Of a stretch of 64,000 nucleotides of DNA, positions 27,275 to 38,931 are shown one piece after another. Under the pieces are notes generated by a model. That model was not told the origin of the DNA. It saw only the letters and a list, made by a program, of their open reading frames with translations, and made no database searches. Source of the DNA: a virus (Duplodnaviria > Heunggongvirae > Uroviricota > Caudoviricetes); IMG/VR virus record IMGVR_UViG_3300032038_000006. One strand, written 5' to 3'. The first letter of the stretch is position 1. Each line of letters begins with the position of its first letter. Both the position numbers and the translations under genes were made by a program.

Positions 27275-28791
27275 TGAGTAACATAAATCATTCTGACTTC
27301 TCAAATCCACCTTGTACTTTAGACGTAACAGTCTACGGTGCGCCAGAAAAATATAACGATGTCTTATCTAAAAGCAGAGTACGAATTTTTTATAAGGGTA
27401 TGAATAGAAATCGTACTTTTATATCAGAGGATTTTGCGAATTAGCTTATAGCATCTTTACCATATACTCCAGTTAAGGGAATCTTTGATAAAGACTCCCT
27501 TGACTTCGAGGACCACGGTGAAGATAATTCTGATGGACGTATCTATGGAATCGTCCCTGAAAATCCAAACTTCGCTTGGGAAGACTTCGAAGATGAAGAT
27601 GGTGTCACTCGTTCATATGCGTCTTGTGACGTTCTTCTATTCACTGGTATTTATGCCGAAGCTCATTTAATTCCTGGAAAGCCCCAGTCAATGGAGATTT
27701 TCAGAAAGAACTTAAAGGGTGAATGGCGTTTGAGCGAAGAAGACGGAAGACCATATTATTACTTTATATCAGGTGGACTCTGTGGTTTATAGACCTTGGG
27801 AGAAGATGTTGAGCCTTGTTTTGAGAGTTCTGCTTTCTACTCCAAACTTACAGAAGAACAGCTTATTGAAGTAATGACTGCTTACGTCAGAAACTTTACT
27901 AAGAAGAAGGAGGAGAGTAAGAAAATGGATAAGTCACTTTTCAGATTATCTGATAATGAAAAGGCAGACATTTTGTTTGACCTTGTAAATCCTAACTTCA
28001 ACGAAGCTGGCAACTGGGAAATCAGTGCTTTTATCGTTGACGTTTATGATGACTATGCTCTTTGCCGCAGCAAGGAAGGCTTTATGAGAGCATACTACAC
28101 TAAGGACGGCGACAATGTAACTCTTGGTGATACTGTATCAGTTAAGATTACTGACGTTACTGAAGCTGAGTTCACAGCTCTTGAAGCTATGAAGGCAGTT
28201 GGTAATGGTTCATTCGAAGCTGCTAATACTGCTTACACTGAGGCTACTGAAAAGGTTGCTTCTCTTGAAACAGCTGCAACTGAGTTCGAGACTGAGAAGA
28301 CTTCTCTTAATGAGAAAATTACAGCTCTTGAAACAGCAGCAAGTGAGTTTGAGTCAACTAAGACTACTCTTGAGGCTTCAATTGCTGAGAAGGATACTGC
28401 TATTGCAGATTTCAACTCAAAGATTGAAACAATGGAGGCTGAAAAAGTTGAATTAAACAATAAAATTAACGACATTACAAATGAGAACACAGCATTGGTC
28501 GAGTTCAAGAAGAATGTTGAAACTGACCAGAAGAACGCTATTCTTGCTAAGTATGAGGAATATCTCAGCGATGACGCTATCACAAACTTTAAGAACTCTA
28601 TGAATGACCTCTCTGTAGACGAGTTCAAGAAGGACGTATGCACAGCAGCTGTTGAGAATGACCCATCAATCTTCTCAAATAGAAAGAACGAGCCAGATAA
28701 GTTCTACAAGGGAGATAATGCAAGTGGCAAGGTCGTAGAGACCGGTGCTCTCGCACTATTAAATAAAAGATTGAATGGAGGTAATAAGTAA
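27274..28791 (+). CDS. Prohead protease-scaffold fusion, 505 aa, TAG-recoded
   Basis: N-terminal protease-like domain (KPQSMEI, GLCGL*TLGEDVEPCF) plus long coiled-coil C-terminus; TAATG overlaps at both ends. Confidence 0.75.
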
Positions 28792-29546
28792 TGGCACTTC
28801 ATGAATTTGATTGTAAAGGTTACGGTCAGATTGAGCCATCACAGGTTTGGTTCAACCGCGCAGGTATGGTTGAAGCACAGTGTGAACTCAATCCTGCACA
28901 GTTTGCTTCTCACTTCCCAGTTCTTCCTACTGAGGCTGCTCAGGGAAAAATTGTTGCTGAGAACGGCGCATTTTTAATGTGCGATAAAGAAAGAAAGCTT
29001 GCTTGCATTCCTTCAAAGAAGTTAGCTGACTTCGGCTATGTTGCTGGTATTAACTACTCAACTGAGAAGAATTATAACCAGTTCACTCCTGGTCGTAGAA
29101 ACTTCTACATGGTTGCTGGCGAATATCTCCCAAGAATCGGTTTCACCGAGCCTGGTATGAGAATTTGCACAAACGCAATTGTTTGGGATGACCAGGCAGA
29201 CTTTATGAAGGCTCCTTATGTTGCTGCAGGTGCAGATATTACAGACTCTAAGGTTATGTATAATGCAGTTAAGGCTTATATCGCTGCAGTAAGAGCAGCA
29301 GCAGAAACTCCTGCTGTAGATGGCGATGATGAGAGACCTGCTCTTGACCCAATTTACGCTGTTCTTTATGATACAGCAGATTATGGTAACCTTGTAAATA
29401 GAGGTAAGCTTGTATTTACTACAAAGGCTAACGCTATTTCAAAGGGTATCGGTGGCATTTACGCAATCGTTACAGAAGCATACAACAACGCTGATACAAC
29501 ACTTAGCTTCAAGCTTAAGTTTGTAAATAAGCCAGCTACAGTTTAA
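28791..29546 (+). CDS. Putative head decoration/minor capsid protein, 251 aa
   Basis: Between scaffold and MCP; high-expression codon usage; no TAG. Confidence 0.65.
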   Translation: MALHEFDCKGYGQIEPSQVWFNRAGMVEAQCELNPAQFASHFPVLPTEAAQGKIVAENGAFLMCDKERKLACIPSKKLADFGYVAGINYSTEKNYNQFTPGRRNFYMVAGEYLPRIGFTEPGMRICTNAIVWDDQADFMKAPYVAAGADITDSKVMYNAVKAYIAAVRAAAETPAVDGDDERPALDPIYAVLYDTADYGNLVNRGKLVFTTKANAISKGIGGIYAIVTEAYNNADTTLSFKLKFVNKPATV

Positions 29547-29564
29547 TTAGAAGGAGGGGATAAA

Positions 29565-30701
29565 ATGACTGATATCAAAGGAATAAAGGATTTGGTTGTT
29601 CACTCTTTCTATGGAACAAGCCCAGACCCTACTAAGTTTAGTAATAAGGACATTAAGGCTACTCTTAGTGAAGAAATTCACAAGATAGCAAACGACTATA
29701 ATTCATACAGAAGAAATAAGCTCGACCTTTTCGAGATTATGCAGGAAGCATATACTGAGATTCTTCCTAAGCAGGTTGAACAGTTCATCGGTTCTTTCGC
29801 AGAAGTTAAGACTGTTCCACTCAACCAGAAGGCTGTATTCGTAATCAACACTGGCCGTAAACGTGCTAAGCAGTTCATTACAGCAGTTGCTCTTTCTGGT
29901 GTTTATGAGAGCTTCAGACTTGATAAGAACACATTCGAGCTTGGTGGACGTGCAATCGGTGGTGCTGCTTACATTGACTTCGAGAGATATCTTTGTGGCG
30001 ACGAGGACATCGCAGAGTCTACTAATCTTCTTCTTGAAGGCCTCCAGGAAGCTGTTTACGGCGAAATCCAGAGAGCTCTTCTTGCAGCAGTTAATGCTGA
30101 CAATAGACCTGCTAAGAACAAGTACATCGGTGCTGGTTTCGATGCAGACGCAATGGCTTCACTTTGTGCAGTAGCTTCAGCTTACAGCGCAAGCGGTTCT
30201 GTTGTAATTTATGCTACACCTGAGTTCGTTGCTGAAATGGGTCCTGATGCAATCGGTATGCCTGTATATGGTAATGCTCTTCAGGGTACTATGGCTGCTG
30301 GCCAGTACGGCGGATATGCAACTCCTGTTTACAATCCTCGTAACATTGAGGAAATCGCTGCTTACGGCAGAATCCGTACATTCCGTGGTAACCCAATCGT
30401 TGAAATTCCTCAGTCTTATACTGATGAAACTAACGAAGTTACAATCGCTAACCCATCAACAGCTTACATCTTCCCTGTTGGAGATACAAAGCCTGTAAAG
30501 GTTGTATTCGAGGGTAACACTCAGCTTGATGATTGGCAGCACAGAGACCGTAGCTTCGAGATTGAAGTTTACCAGAGAGTCGGTGTTGCAATTCTTACTA
30601 ACTACAACTGGTGTGTATATGTTAACCTTAATCTTGCTGACCCTGAGAAGTATCCTACTAAGTATGCTCTCAACCCAGCAGAACTCACACCTACTATTTG
30701 A
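29565..30701 (+). CDS. Major capsid protein, 378 aa
   Basis: Size, position and strong codon bias; followed by terminator; no TAG. Confidence 0.8.
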   Translation: MTDIKGIKDLVVHSFYGTSPDPTKFSNKDIKATLSEEIHKIANDYNSYRRNKLDLFEIMQEAYTEILPKQVEQFIGSFAEVKTVPLNQKAVFVINTGRKRAKQFITAVALSGVYESFRLDKNTFELGGRAIGGAAYIDFERYLCGDEDIAESTNLLLEGLQEAVYGEIQRALLAAVNADNRPAKNKYIGAGFDADAMASLCAVASAYSASGSVVIYATPEFVAEMGPDAIGMPVYGNALQGTMAAGQYGGYATPVYNPRNIEEIAAYGRIRTFRGNPIVEIPQSYTDETNEVTIANPSTAYIFPVGDTKPVKVVFEGNTQLDDWQHRDRSFEIEVYQRVGVAILTNYNWCVYVNLNLADPEKYPTKYALNPAELTPTI

Positions 30702-30748
30702 TTTAAGTTAAGTAGGAAAAAAATAAAATTAGGTAAAATACCATGAGA

Positions 30749-30781
30749 ACGGTGAGTGAGTTCGGCTCACTCGCCGTTTTT
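30749..30781 (+). terminator. Rho-independent terminator after MCP
   Basis: CGGTGAGTGAG/CTCACTCGCCG plus T-tract. Confidence 0.8.
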
Positions 30782-30803
30782 GAGTTTAAAGGAGGAATTA
30801 ATA

Positions 30804-31322
30804 ATGGAAAGAATGGTAAAAGTAACTAATATGGTAGATTCACAGGTAGGTATTACAGACCTTTCTGTAGGTATCAAACGCCGTTGGCAGAAGAGAGGAC
30901 AGTCATTGCCCATTCCTTTTGAGCAGCTTCAGATATTACTTTATAATGATGGCGTTGCAAATATGTTTAGACAGGGTATGCTTTATATCGACAATATGAA
31001 GGATAAGCAGGACCTCGGTCTTGAGCCTATGGAAGCAACAGAACCTACAAATATCATCGCACTTAGTGAGACTCAGATGAGAGAGCTTTTGAACAATAAG
31101 CCTATTGCAGTTTTCAAAGCTGAAGTAGCTAAGTTACCCGATGCTCAGATAGATAATCTTATTGATTTTGCAATTTCAAATAAAATTGTCAATGTTGATA
31201 AGTGTGCAATCTTAAAGGAAGTTACTGGCCGTGATATTCTCAAGGCTATAAGAACACAGGAAGAAATCGCTGCAGAAGACGCTGCAGAGAAGAAAGCCGC
31301 AGCTGAGGGAAGAAGAATCTAA
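30804..31322 (+). CDS. Virion-module hypothetical protein, 172 aa
   Basis: AAGGAGG RBS at ATG30804. Confidence 0.8.
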   Translation: MERMVKVTNMVDSQVGITDLSVGIKRRWQKRGQSLPIPFEQLQILLYNDGVANMFRQGMLYIDNMKDKQDLGLEPMEATEPTNIIALSETQMRELLNNKPIAVFKAEVAKLPDAQIDNLIDFAISNKIVNVDKCAILKEVTGRDILKAIRTQEEIAAEDAAEKKAAAEGRRI

Positions 31323-31339
31323 TTTAAAAGGTGATGTAA

Positions 31340-31816
31340 ATGGTAACATTACAGGAAGTCTACGATAACTTCCTCGGTCGTATATCAGACGATGAATGGT
31401 CTGACTGCAACATTACAGAAGAGGATTTAAAGTGGATGACTGCCGACTGGCACGCTATTTTAAATTAGGCTATTCCATATTTTAAATTTCCTCGTTGTAG
31501 TCTAAGAGTAGACGATATAACTCAAACATTTGCAGACCCCAAGATGTCAGATGATGAAGTTAATATACTTGCTGTATATATGAAGTTACAGTGGGTAAAA
31601 CGTAGCATCGACACCTGGGAGAATATAAAAACTCAATATGATGAACATGAATTTTCCCAAGCCCATTTGCTCAATTAGTTTATTAAGCTAAAGGCCCAAG
31701 CTGAAGAAGAAGCTAAGGACCTTGAAGCTATTTACTATCGTGCTCCTTCTAAGGCACCATTTAAGTATGGTCGCCTTGCTGGTGGAGGACGTAATAGGAG
31801 AAGTAGACGTGGCTAA
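31340..31816 (+). CDS. Putative head-tail adaptor, 158 aa, TAG-recoded
   Basis: Position; alpha-helical gp6/gp15-like pattern; 2 in-frame TAG; missed by the track. Confidence 0.65.
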
Positions 31817-32081
31817 TATAGATGATGTAAGAGAAGCCTATAGAGACAAGATGAAAAAGAAACTCTATGGGCTTCTTCGCGAAAGAGAGAAAAATGGGGA
31901 ATGGAAAAAGTTCTTAGATAGTATTCTTATTGAGTTAATGGGATATGAAGACTGTAATAAGACAATTGATTATTACACTCTTTATTATAAATTATCCGCC
32001 TGCCGTTATTTATCTTTCGAGTATTATCGAAAGACACTCTTTGAGTGCATGAACTTATTTGATAGGATTGATGTTCAATGA
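31809..32081 (+). CDS. Hypothetical protein, 90 aa
   Basis: GTG start overlapping the upstream gene; ATGA overlap downstream. Confidence 0.7.
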   Translation: MANIDDVREAYRDKMKKKLYGLLREREKNGEWKKFLDSILIELMGYEDCNKTIDYYTLYYKLSACRYLSFEYYRKTLFECMNLFDRIDVQ

Positions 32082-32809
32082 GTTACTTTACAGATGTGTA
32101 TTTGAGAAGAATTAATCACGGCGGCTTCACACGTCAGGACAGAATTAAAACTCGAAAGGAAGTAGAGTTTGATAGATTGTTCCTGAAATAGACTGAATAT
32201 TTGGTTACGCTCTATCAAGTTAATGATGAACCTGTTGATGTATAGGCGTCTTTGTAGCCTAATAAATGGAATGAAAGTAACTTGATAGGTAATCTTTTAA
32301 TGTCCACTTCTGCCGCGCCACTAAAAACTGGGGACATTTTATATATAAAATAGAAGATTAAAGATAAGGAATGGGATAAGATTTGGATAATAATTTATAA
32401 AGAAGATAATCTTACTAAAGGACATTAGTCTTACAAGGTTATATGTCTTGACACCGAAATTAATTTGATTGATGAATATGGTACAACACGTTATTCAGCA
32501 CCAGCTAAGTATGTTAATAATGCACAGTCTTTAATGTAGGATACTACTATTAAGAATGCGAATGAGCTTGGTTATAATGAGCCATTCTCAACTAACATTA
32601 TTATTACTTAGGACAATCCAGAGCTTTAGAAAGGTTCATATTTTAATTATATGAATAGAGGCTGGCAGATTGTTGGTAAGAATAATTATGCTGTTCCAAA
32701 TGTGGCATATCTTTATATCAGTGAGAGATTGGTTAAAGAAAATGAGCCGCTTTCATCTGAAAATATTCTTGTCGGTGAAGATGATAACTTCTTCTTGAAT
32801 GGAGTGTGA
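32078..32809 (+). CDS. Putative head-closure/neck protein, 243 aa, TAG-recoded
   Basis: ATGA coupling; open to TGA apart from TAGs; missed by the track. Confidence 0.65.
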
Positions 32810-32813
32810 TTTA

Positions 32814-33329
32814 ATGGAATCTACTGTTAAATACGGACAAGAAATTGGTAAGAATTTAATAAAGATTGGCAAGAAACTTATGAAAGACCAGACTCTTTTA
32901 AAGTTACTTGTTAATACAGGAAGAGACCCATTGAATCCAGCTGTATATCCTAATGAAATTGACGGTTTAAAGTTGATGAATAAGAATATTCGTTTTGTGC
33001 CGCTTTTGACTTTGAAAGAGATTAAAGACGGTAGTCAGAATACTGAATCAAAGCTCGTCATTTTCTTCGATGAAGGCTCCATTAATGGTTTAAATTCAGA
33101 CAACGAAAACTTGTCTTTGGTTATAAATGTATATTGCCCCTTTGATGAGTGGCTAATTACGGGAGATAATTTGCGCCCCTTCGCAATAATGAGTTAGATA
33201 AGATAGACTATACAGGACAGACGTATAAACGGTTTAGGAGAAATCAAATATCTTGGTTTTTCTGTCGCTTCATTGACTGAAGAGATGGGATGCTATAGTA
33301 TGAGGTTCGCTATTAATGCTTTCAGCTAA
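32814..33329 (+). CDS. Putative tail terminator/completion protein, 171 aa, TAG-recoded
   Basis: Position; beta-rich C-terminus. Confidence 0.6.
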
Positions 33330-34074
33330 TTAGATTGAAGAGGTCAAGGAACAGGCTTTCTGCAAAGTTCCTTCCTCTTTTTATGATAAATAGTACATTT
33401 GTAAAGTCTATCCTTACTCAATTAAAGAAATTGTTGAAATGGGCACAACAACTTACAATAAGCGTCTCGGTTTACTTCTATTGACCGCTGACGATATTGC
33501 AACTATAATTAAAGAAAAAACAGGTACAGAACCGACAGAGACAATTCATCCTTTGGAATATTTATTACAAAGCGCGGCATATGATGATATGTTTTTGTTA
33601 GAACTGAAGAATACCTTTTCTACATTTATAAAGGAGGAAGTATTATTACTTCCGAAAATCAATTCAGTGTTAGTTGGTGGTCCTTCTGCAAGTAAGGAGA
33701 AGCGCCTCATAACTCTTGATAATTTTAGCGATTTTCAAGATATATTGAGATTACAGAATCGTCGAGAAGTTCCAGAGCCGCCGCCAGCAGATGAGACACC
33801 CGGATAGCGCAAAATGCGCCTATTGAGAGAAAAAGTTGCTGCCGTTAAAAAGAAATAGGCTTAGAAAAAAGGTGAAGGGCAAACTTTAGTCGAGCTTATG
33901 GAAATAGCGAGCACTTTTGGAATTGATAGAAATGAATCTCTATATGCTTTTTATAGCTTGGTCCGCAGACATCAAATGCGTGAGAAATGGCAGCAAGACC
34001 TTCAAATGATTTGTGCTGGTGCGGATAGCAAAAAGCTGAAAACAAAATATTGGGGTGAAAATCCCGACGATTAA
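33316..34074 (+). CDS. Tail-module hypothetical protein (possible assembly chaperone), 252 aa, TAG-recoded
   Basis: Overlaps upstream stop; TAA adjacent to the RBS of the next gene. Confidence 0.65.
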
Positions 34075-34086
34075 GGAGGTTAAAGA

Positions 34087-37026
34087 ATGGCTAATACTCA
34101 GAACCTTTTTGAGAAGTATGGTATTAAGGAAGTTGCTGATGTAACTTTCTACCGTATTGAAAAGAAAGAAGAGACATTCGAGTCTCAGAGAACTATTACA
34201 GCCGCTTCTGTTTTAAAAGGCGCTCTTGAGCTTCGTACAGTTTACCCAGTAAATGAAGAAGGCGTAGGCGACGAGGACGGCTTTGAGGCATATGTATTTA
34301 CTGATGCTGACCTCATTGAAGGAACAAACTACGATTGTGATGATTCTGAAGTTATTACAGCTAAACTTGTTGCTTATTACAATGAAGCAAATGACGTTGT
34401 AAGTGCTGCTCACGTTGGTGAGAGAGAAGACGTATCTACAATTCTTGGCGATAATGCTGAAGCAATTGTTAAAGCTGCTCTTGAAGGAAAAGCTCCTCTT
34501 GCTGAAATTACTTCAAATTCTGTAATTTATGGAAATGAAGATGAGTTTGTAGGTGTTGAGCTTACTAAGGTTGATAGTACTGACCCTAAGAACCCTGTAA
34601 CTTCTACTCTTGTAGTTGATGCAAATACAGACCTTTCTGCAATCATCACTGCTGATGTTAAGGTATATGGTCCTTTTGGTGTAGGTATTCCGACATTCAT
34701 ATTTAAGAGAGATAAGGATACTGGTATTCCAGTTGGAAATGATGTAATTGAAGAGAACTTCAAACAGCTCGCAAATCCAAGTGTTGTTCTTTCTCAGGTT
34801 AAGTATGAAAATGGTTATACTTCAGCTAAGGGTACAATCAGTACTGAGATTACTCTTGAGTTCAGTGAGGACCTTACAACTGGTGTTTACAACACAAATG
34901 CTACAACTGCTGATGTAAGCAGATATCCTGGAGTAGGAACTCACGAGTTCACTTACCCACAGCAGGTTGCTATGTTGTTCGCTAAGAACCAGAACCTTAT
35001 TGCTAAGACTGGTGTAAGATATGTATTCGAGAATGCAGACACAATGTTCGGTGATTTCGACTTTAATGACCAGTTCGCTGGTGCTCCTAAGTCAGCTGAA
35101 AGAATCGTAGTTGTTGGTCTTGCTGGAAAGTTCGATGAAGGCTCATACGATTTGGATGAGATTAAGGAAGCTTTTGCAAAGCTTACAGATGCAATCGAAG
35201 CTAAGGCTTACGATGTAACATACACAGACTATGCTGAGCTTGTAGTTGAAGATGAGATGGGTTACTACAATCCTGCTTTCTTGGGTAATAACTACACAAG
35301 AGTAAACGGCAATGGTAGAATCCAGTTCTTCGCAGATGCAGCAGCTTATATTGCAGCAGTTGGTGCAGATAACTATGATGCAGCTATCGCAGGCGCAGTA
35401 ATGTGGGGCGATGACAAGCACTACAGCATTAATGATGCTATCGACGCTCTTCGTCAGAAGAGACTTGTTCTTGATACTGCTTCAGAGCTTGGTGCCGGCG
35501 GCCTTGCAGGTGTATTCGGTGGTTATAAGGTAAGTTCTAAGGACACTGGTGTTGTTGAGCCAGCTCCTGGTACAGAAGATACTGATACAGCTGAGAACCT
35601 TTACGGTTACACTGTTAATGGTACTGCTGTAAAGCACGCTTATAACAACGAAGATATTAAGACACAGTATCCTCTTGACCAGGTTGTTACTGCTCTTAAT
35701 GAAATCGGTATGCTTGATGGTACTCTTGGCAAGGAAGTAAGAGTAGACTACACTGGTGGTAAGACTTCTAATAGAGCTATTTACGTTAAGGTAAATGGTG
35801 CTATGGATACTGCTGCAAGTGCTTATATGTACTTACTTCACAACAAGAACTTCAACAGACTTGCTCTTGATAAGGACGGAATCTTCAAGTTCAACGATAA
35901 GAAGGGTAATACACTTTACTACCAGGATAAGATTTTCAAGGGCGTAGAGTGGCTTGCACTTGTAATTATCGGTAACAAGGGACTTATCTTCGTAGTTAAC
36001 CGTCACGGCAACAAGAACGTTACAAGAACTGCTTGGATGGTTAATGACGGTGGTTACGTCGACAACAGAAAGGCAGAACTCCTTGTTAAGAATGGTTTAA
36101 TCCACACAACTGTAATTACAGCTAACAATGAAACATTTGAAGCTACTTGCACTGTTGGTGGACTTAAGATACATAAGACACAGAAGAAGGCTAACCGCTA
36201 TGTTCCAGTTCTCTTCCTTGATACTCTTAAGGTATCTACTATCGAGCAGACAGCTCAGGAAGTTTATGCAACTGGTGGTAAGGGTAATGCAAACCTTATC
36301 GGTTGGGACTATGGTAAGGAAATCACACTTAACATTACTGATGCTCTCTTCACTCCAGCTTCTATGGCAGCTATCTATGGTAGCTACGAGGGCAACGACT
36401 TCCGTAAGGGCGTCAAGGAGACAAAGAAGATTGACAGAATGGAGAAGTGCACTGCTAAGAGAAGCTTCATCGTACCTGCTGGTAACTTGAATGGAACTCC
36501 TTCTGAGGCAGACAACACAGCACAGGCTGTTTACTATGACCCAGCTACTATGGAGCCTTATGCAGATGGTACTCCAATTGCAGAAGGTGAAATCTTCTAC
36601 AAGTGGACTCGTTCAGTTGCTTACGAGGGCGATAGTCTTGGTAACACAATTGAAATCTCTGCTGATAAGTTCCCTGGCACTTACAAGGTTGTCGGTGACA
36701 CATTCGTAAGAAGTAAGGAAACTGGTGAGGATGAGAGATTCCAGTTCGTAATCCCACAGGCTAAGATGAACTCTGAGCACACAATCACTCTTGAAGCAGA
36801 GGGTGACCCAACAGTATTCGAAATGAGCCTTAAGGTTCTTCGTCCTGAAGATGGCGTAATGGTTAAGTTTATCCAGTACAATGTTGTAGAGAACGAAGAG
36901 GAGAACGATGGTTCTACTATGGTTAAGGATACTGAGAACCTCAACCTTCTTGATGATGCTGAACTCTTCAAAGTAAGCGCTGACGGCGTTGACGAAGAAG
37001 ATGCAATCGGTGCAACAGAATATTAA
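34087..37026 (+). CDS. Putative major tail (tube) protein, paralogue 1, 979 aa with a large insertion
   Basis: Core motifs YGIKEVADVTFY / VPVLFLDTLKVSTIE / GGKGNANLIGWD / DRMEKC / FPGTYKVVGDT / EAEGDPT; high-expression codon bias; no TAG; terminator follows. Confidence 0.7.
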   Translation: MANTQNLFEKYGIKEVADVTFYRIEKKEETFESQRTITAASVLKGALELRTVYPVNEEGVGDEDGFEAYVFTDADLIEGTNYDCDDSEVITAKLVAYYNEANDVVSAAHVGEREDVSTILGDNAEAIVKAALEGKAPLAEITSNSVIYGNEDEFVGVELTKVDSTDPKNPVTSTLVVDANTDLSAIITADVKVYGPFGVGIPTFIFKRDKDTGIPVGNDVIEENFKQLANPSVVLSQVKYENGYTSAKGTISTEITLEFSEDLTTGVYNTNATTADVSRYPGVGTHEFTYPQQVAMLFAKNQNLIAKTGVRYVFENADTMFGDFDFNDQFAGAPKSAERIVVVGLAGKFDEGSYDLDEIKEAFAKLTDAIEAKAYDVTYTDYAELVVEDEMGYYNPAFLGNNYTRVNGNGRIQFFADAAAYIAAVGADNYDAAIAGAVMWGDDKHYSINDAIDALRQKRLVLDTASELGAGGLAGVFGGYKVSSKDTGVVEPAPGTEDTDTAENLYGYTVNGTAVKHAYNNEDIKTQYPLDQVVTALNEIGMLDGTLGKEVRVDYTGGKTSNRAIYVKVNGAMDTAASAYMYLLHNKNFNRLALDKDGIFKFNDKKGNTLYYQDKIFKGVEWLALVIIGNKGLIFVVNRHGNKNVTRTAWMVNDGGYVDNRKAELLVKNGLIHTTVITANNETFEATCTVGGLKIHKTQKKANRYVPVLFLDTLKVSTIEQTAQEVYATGGKGNANLIGWDYGKEITLNITDALFTPASMAAIYGSYEGNDFRKGVKETKKIDRMEKCTAKRSFIVPAGNLNGTPSEADNTAQAVYYDPATMEPYADGTPIAEGEIFYKWTRSVAYEGDSLGNTIEISADKFPGTYKVVGDTFVRSKETGEDERFQFVIPQAKMNSEHTITLEAEGDPTVFEMSLKVLRPEDGVMVKFIQYNVVENEEENDGSTMVKDTENLNLLDDAELFKVSADGVDEEDAIGATEY

Positions 37027-37046
37027 TAACATATTAAGCTAAGAAA

Positions 37047-37082
37047 TTGGCTATTGAATTAAATAGTTCAATAGCCAATTTT
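37047..37082 (+). terminator. Rho-independent terminator after tail paralogue 1
   Basis: ATTGGCTATTGAA/TTCAATAGCCAAT plus T-tract. Confidence 0.8.
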
Positions 37083-37113
37083 TCTTAGGATAAAATAAGC
37101 GAGGTGAATATGT

Positions 37114-38913
37114 GTGAATATATTTGACCAGTATGGTATAAAGGAAGTCGCTGACGTTACCTTGTACAGTATTCATAAGAAGAAAGATGGTAGCGGCGAT
37201 GTATATTATGTACCCGCACTTTATCTTGATACTTTGAAAATTTCCACAGCTGAGAAGACTGCGGAAAATGTATGGGCACAGGGTGGTAAAGGAAATGCTC
37301 GCTTGATTAACTGGGACTTTGGCAAGCAGATTAACGTTACCCTTGAGGATGCTCTCTGTACACCTGCATCATTAGGATTATGTTGGAATGGTACATTAAG
37401 CGCAGACTGGAAAGATGCTCAGCTTGATTATGATACAGATATTTGTTATTGCAAGAACCCATTAACAAAGATTTCAAGAATGGAAAAGTGCATTTTCCCA
37501 GGCATGAACAATGAAAGAAGTACAATTTCTCATTTACTTCCTAAGCTTTCAGAAGATGAGGTTGACCCAAGTCTTGACCTTCTTATGCGTTCATCAGTAA
37601 TTGATGGTGCAGAAATTAGAGGTCACGGCATTGTTCAAGGACACGTATATGGCTGGAGAATAGCTATTGAAACAAGAGTTAAGTCAATTGCAGTTGTTCC
37701 AGATAAGTTCTTTGATATTAAAGGTCGTTCTTATCCTATTGACCAGTTTAAGAAGATTTCAGTTTCAAGTCTTCCAGACTACATCAATTATAAGGACGCT
37801 ATTATATATAAGATTAATAGCAAGTCTGATTTGAAAGCTCCAAAGGCAGAAATCATTTTCGATGATGCTATGGAGGGCGGCGTAACAGCTCACGTTGAGC
37901 CAGACAAGAAGAGTGCTATTACAGAGACTACTGAACCTAATGTTCTTGTAAAGTCTTATCCATATAAGTAGAACAGAACATTTGCTTCGTTGTTTGGTAA
38001 GGATGCTGAAGATAAGCCATTCATTGAAGACCAGCTTGGAAGCATTTATAACATTGGCGATGAGCCAATCGAAATCTGCGAAGCTGATTATCTTGCTATT
38101 ATCGTAGATAGTAATGATGATTACTATGCATTACTTGGTGTAGCTACTACTGTAGACGAAGGAGACCTTGATGATGCTGTAACTTGGACACAGCCTAAGA
38201 CTCCTGTCAACGTTTACCAGTTTAAGAATATAGATATGTGGTTGAGATTTGATAGTATCAATGCTCTTGCTTATTTCTTAATAACAAAGTATGAGGATGA
38301 TATAAAGAAGATAACTCCTGTTACTATTGACCCAACTACTATGGTATATGGTTCTGATGAGCCAGGCGACGACCCAGAGCCAGACCCAAAAGAAGATGAA
38401 TGGGCAGTAAATCAGAACATTACAGAAGTTACAGAAAACACAGATGGCGAGTCAAGAAAAGCTGAAGGAAAACTTTGGGCTTATATTAACCCAAGAACAA
38501 TGCAGCCTTATGCTGATGACTATTGGTTCCATCAGGGCGAGCCATTCTATGTAAAGTCTCTTACAATGGCTCCAAAGGGTAAGAGAATTAAAGGCAATAA
38601 GATTACTATACGTGCCGACCAGTGGCCTGGTATGTATATGATGGTAGGAGAAACTTATATCCGCTCTCGCGACACAGGTGAAGACGAGCGTATGCAGATT
38701 AAGTTCCCATTATGTAAAGTCCGTTCAGACCATACGCTTACATTGTAGGCAGATGGCGACCCAACTACTTTTAATTTGAACTTAGAAGTAGCTAAGCCAA
38801 AGAGCGGAATTATGATGGAGCTTACAGCTTATGAAATAGCTGAAAAAATGCTTGAAGGAGAGAATGGTTGCTTCTATGCAGTAGATGGCTCAACCGAAGT
38901 GTTGAGCGAGTAA
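37114..38913 (+). CDS. Tail-tube paralogue 2, 599 aa, TAG-recoded
   Basis: Same core motifs; track fragments 37114 and 37990 are in frame. Confidence 0.75.
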
Positions 38914-38931
38914 TAAAAGGAGGCGAGACAG

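Noticed and set aside
28199-36971. Overlapping shadow ORFs inside scaffold, MCP and tail genes (e.g. 28199+, 28233-, 29863+, 36128+, 36613-, 36681-)
   Set aside because: Off-frame or antisense by-products of strongly biased coding regions.
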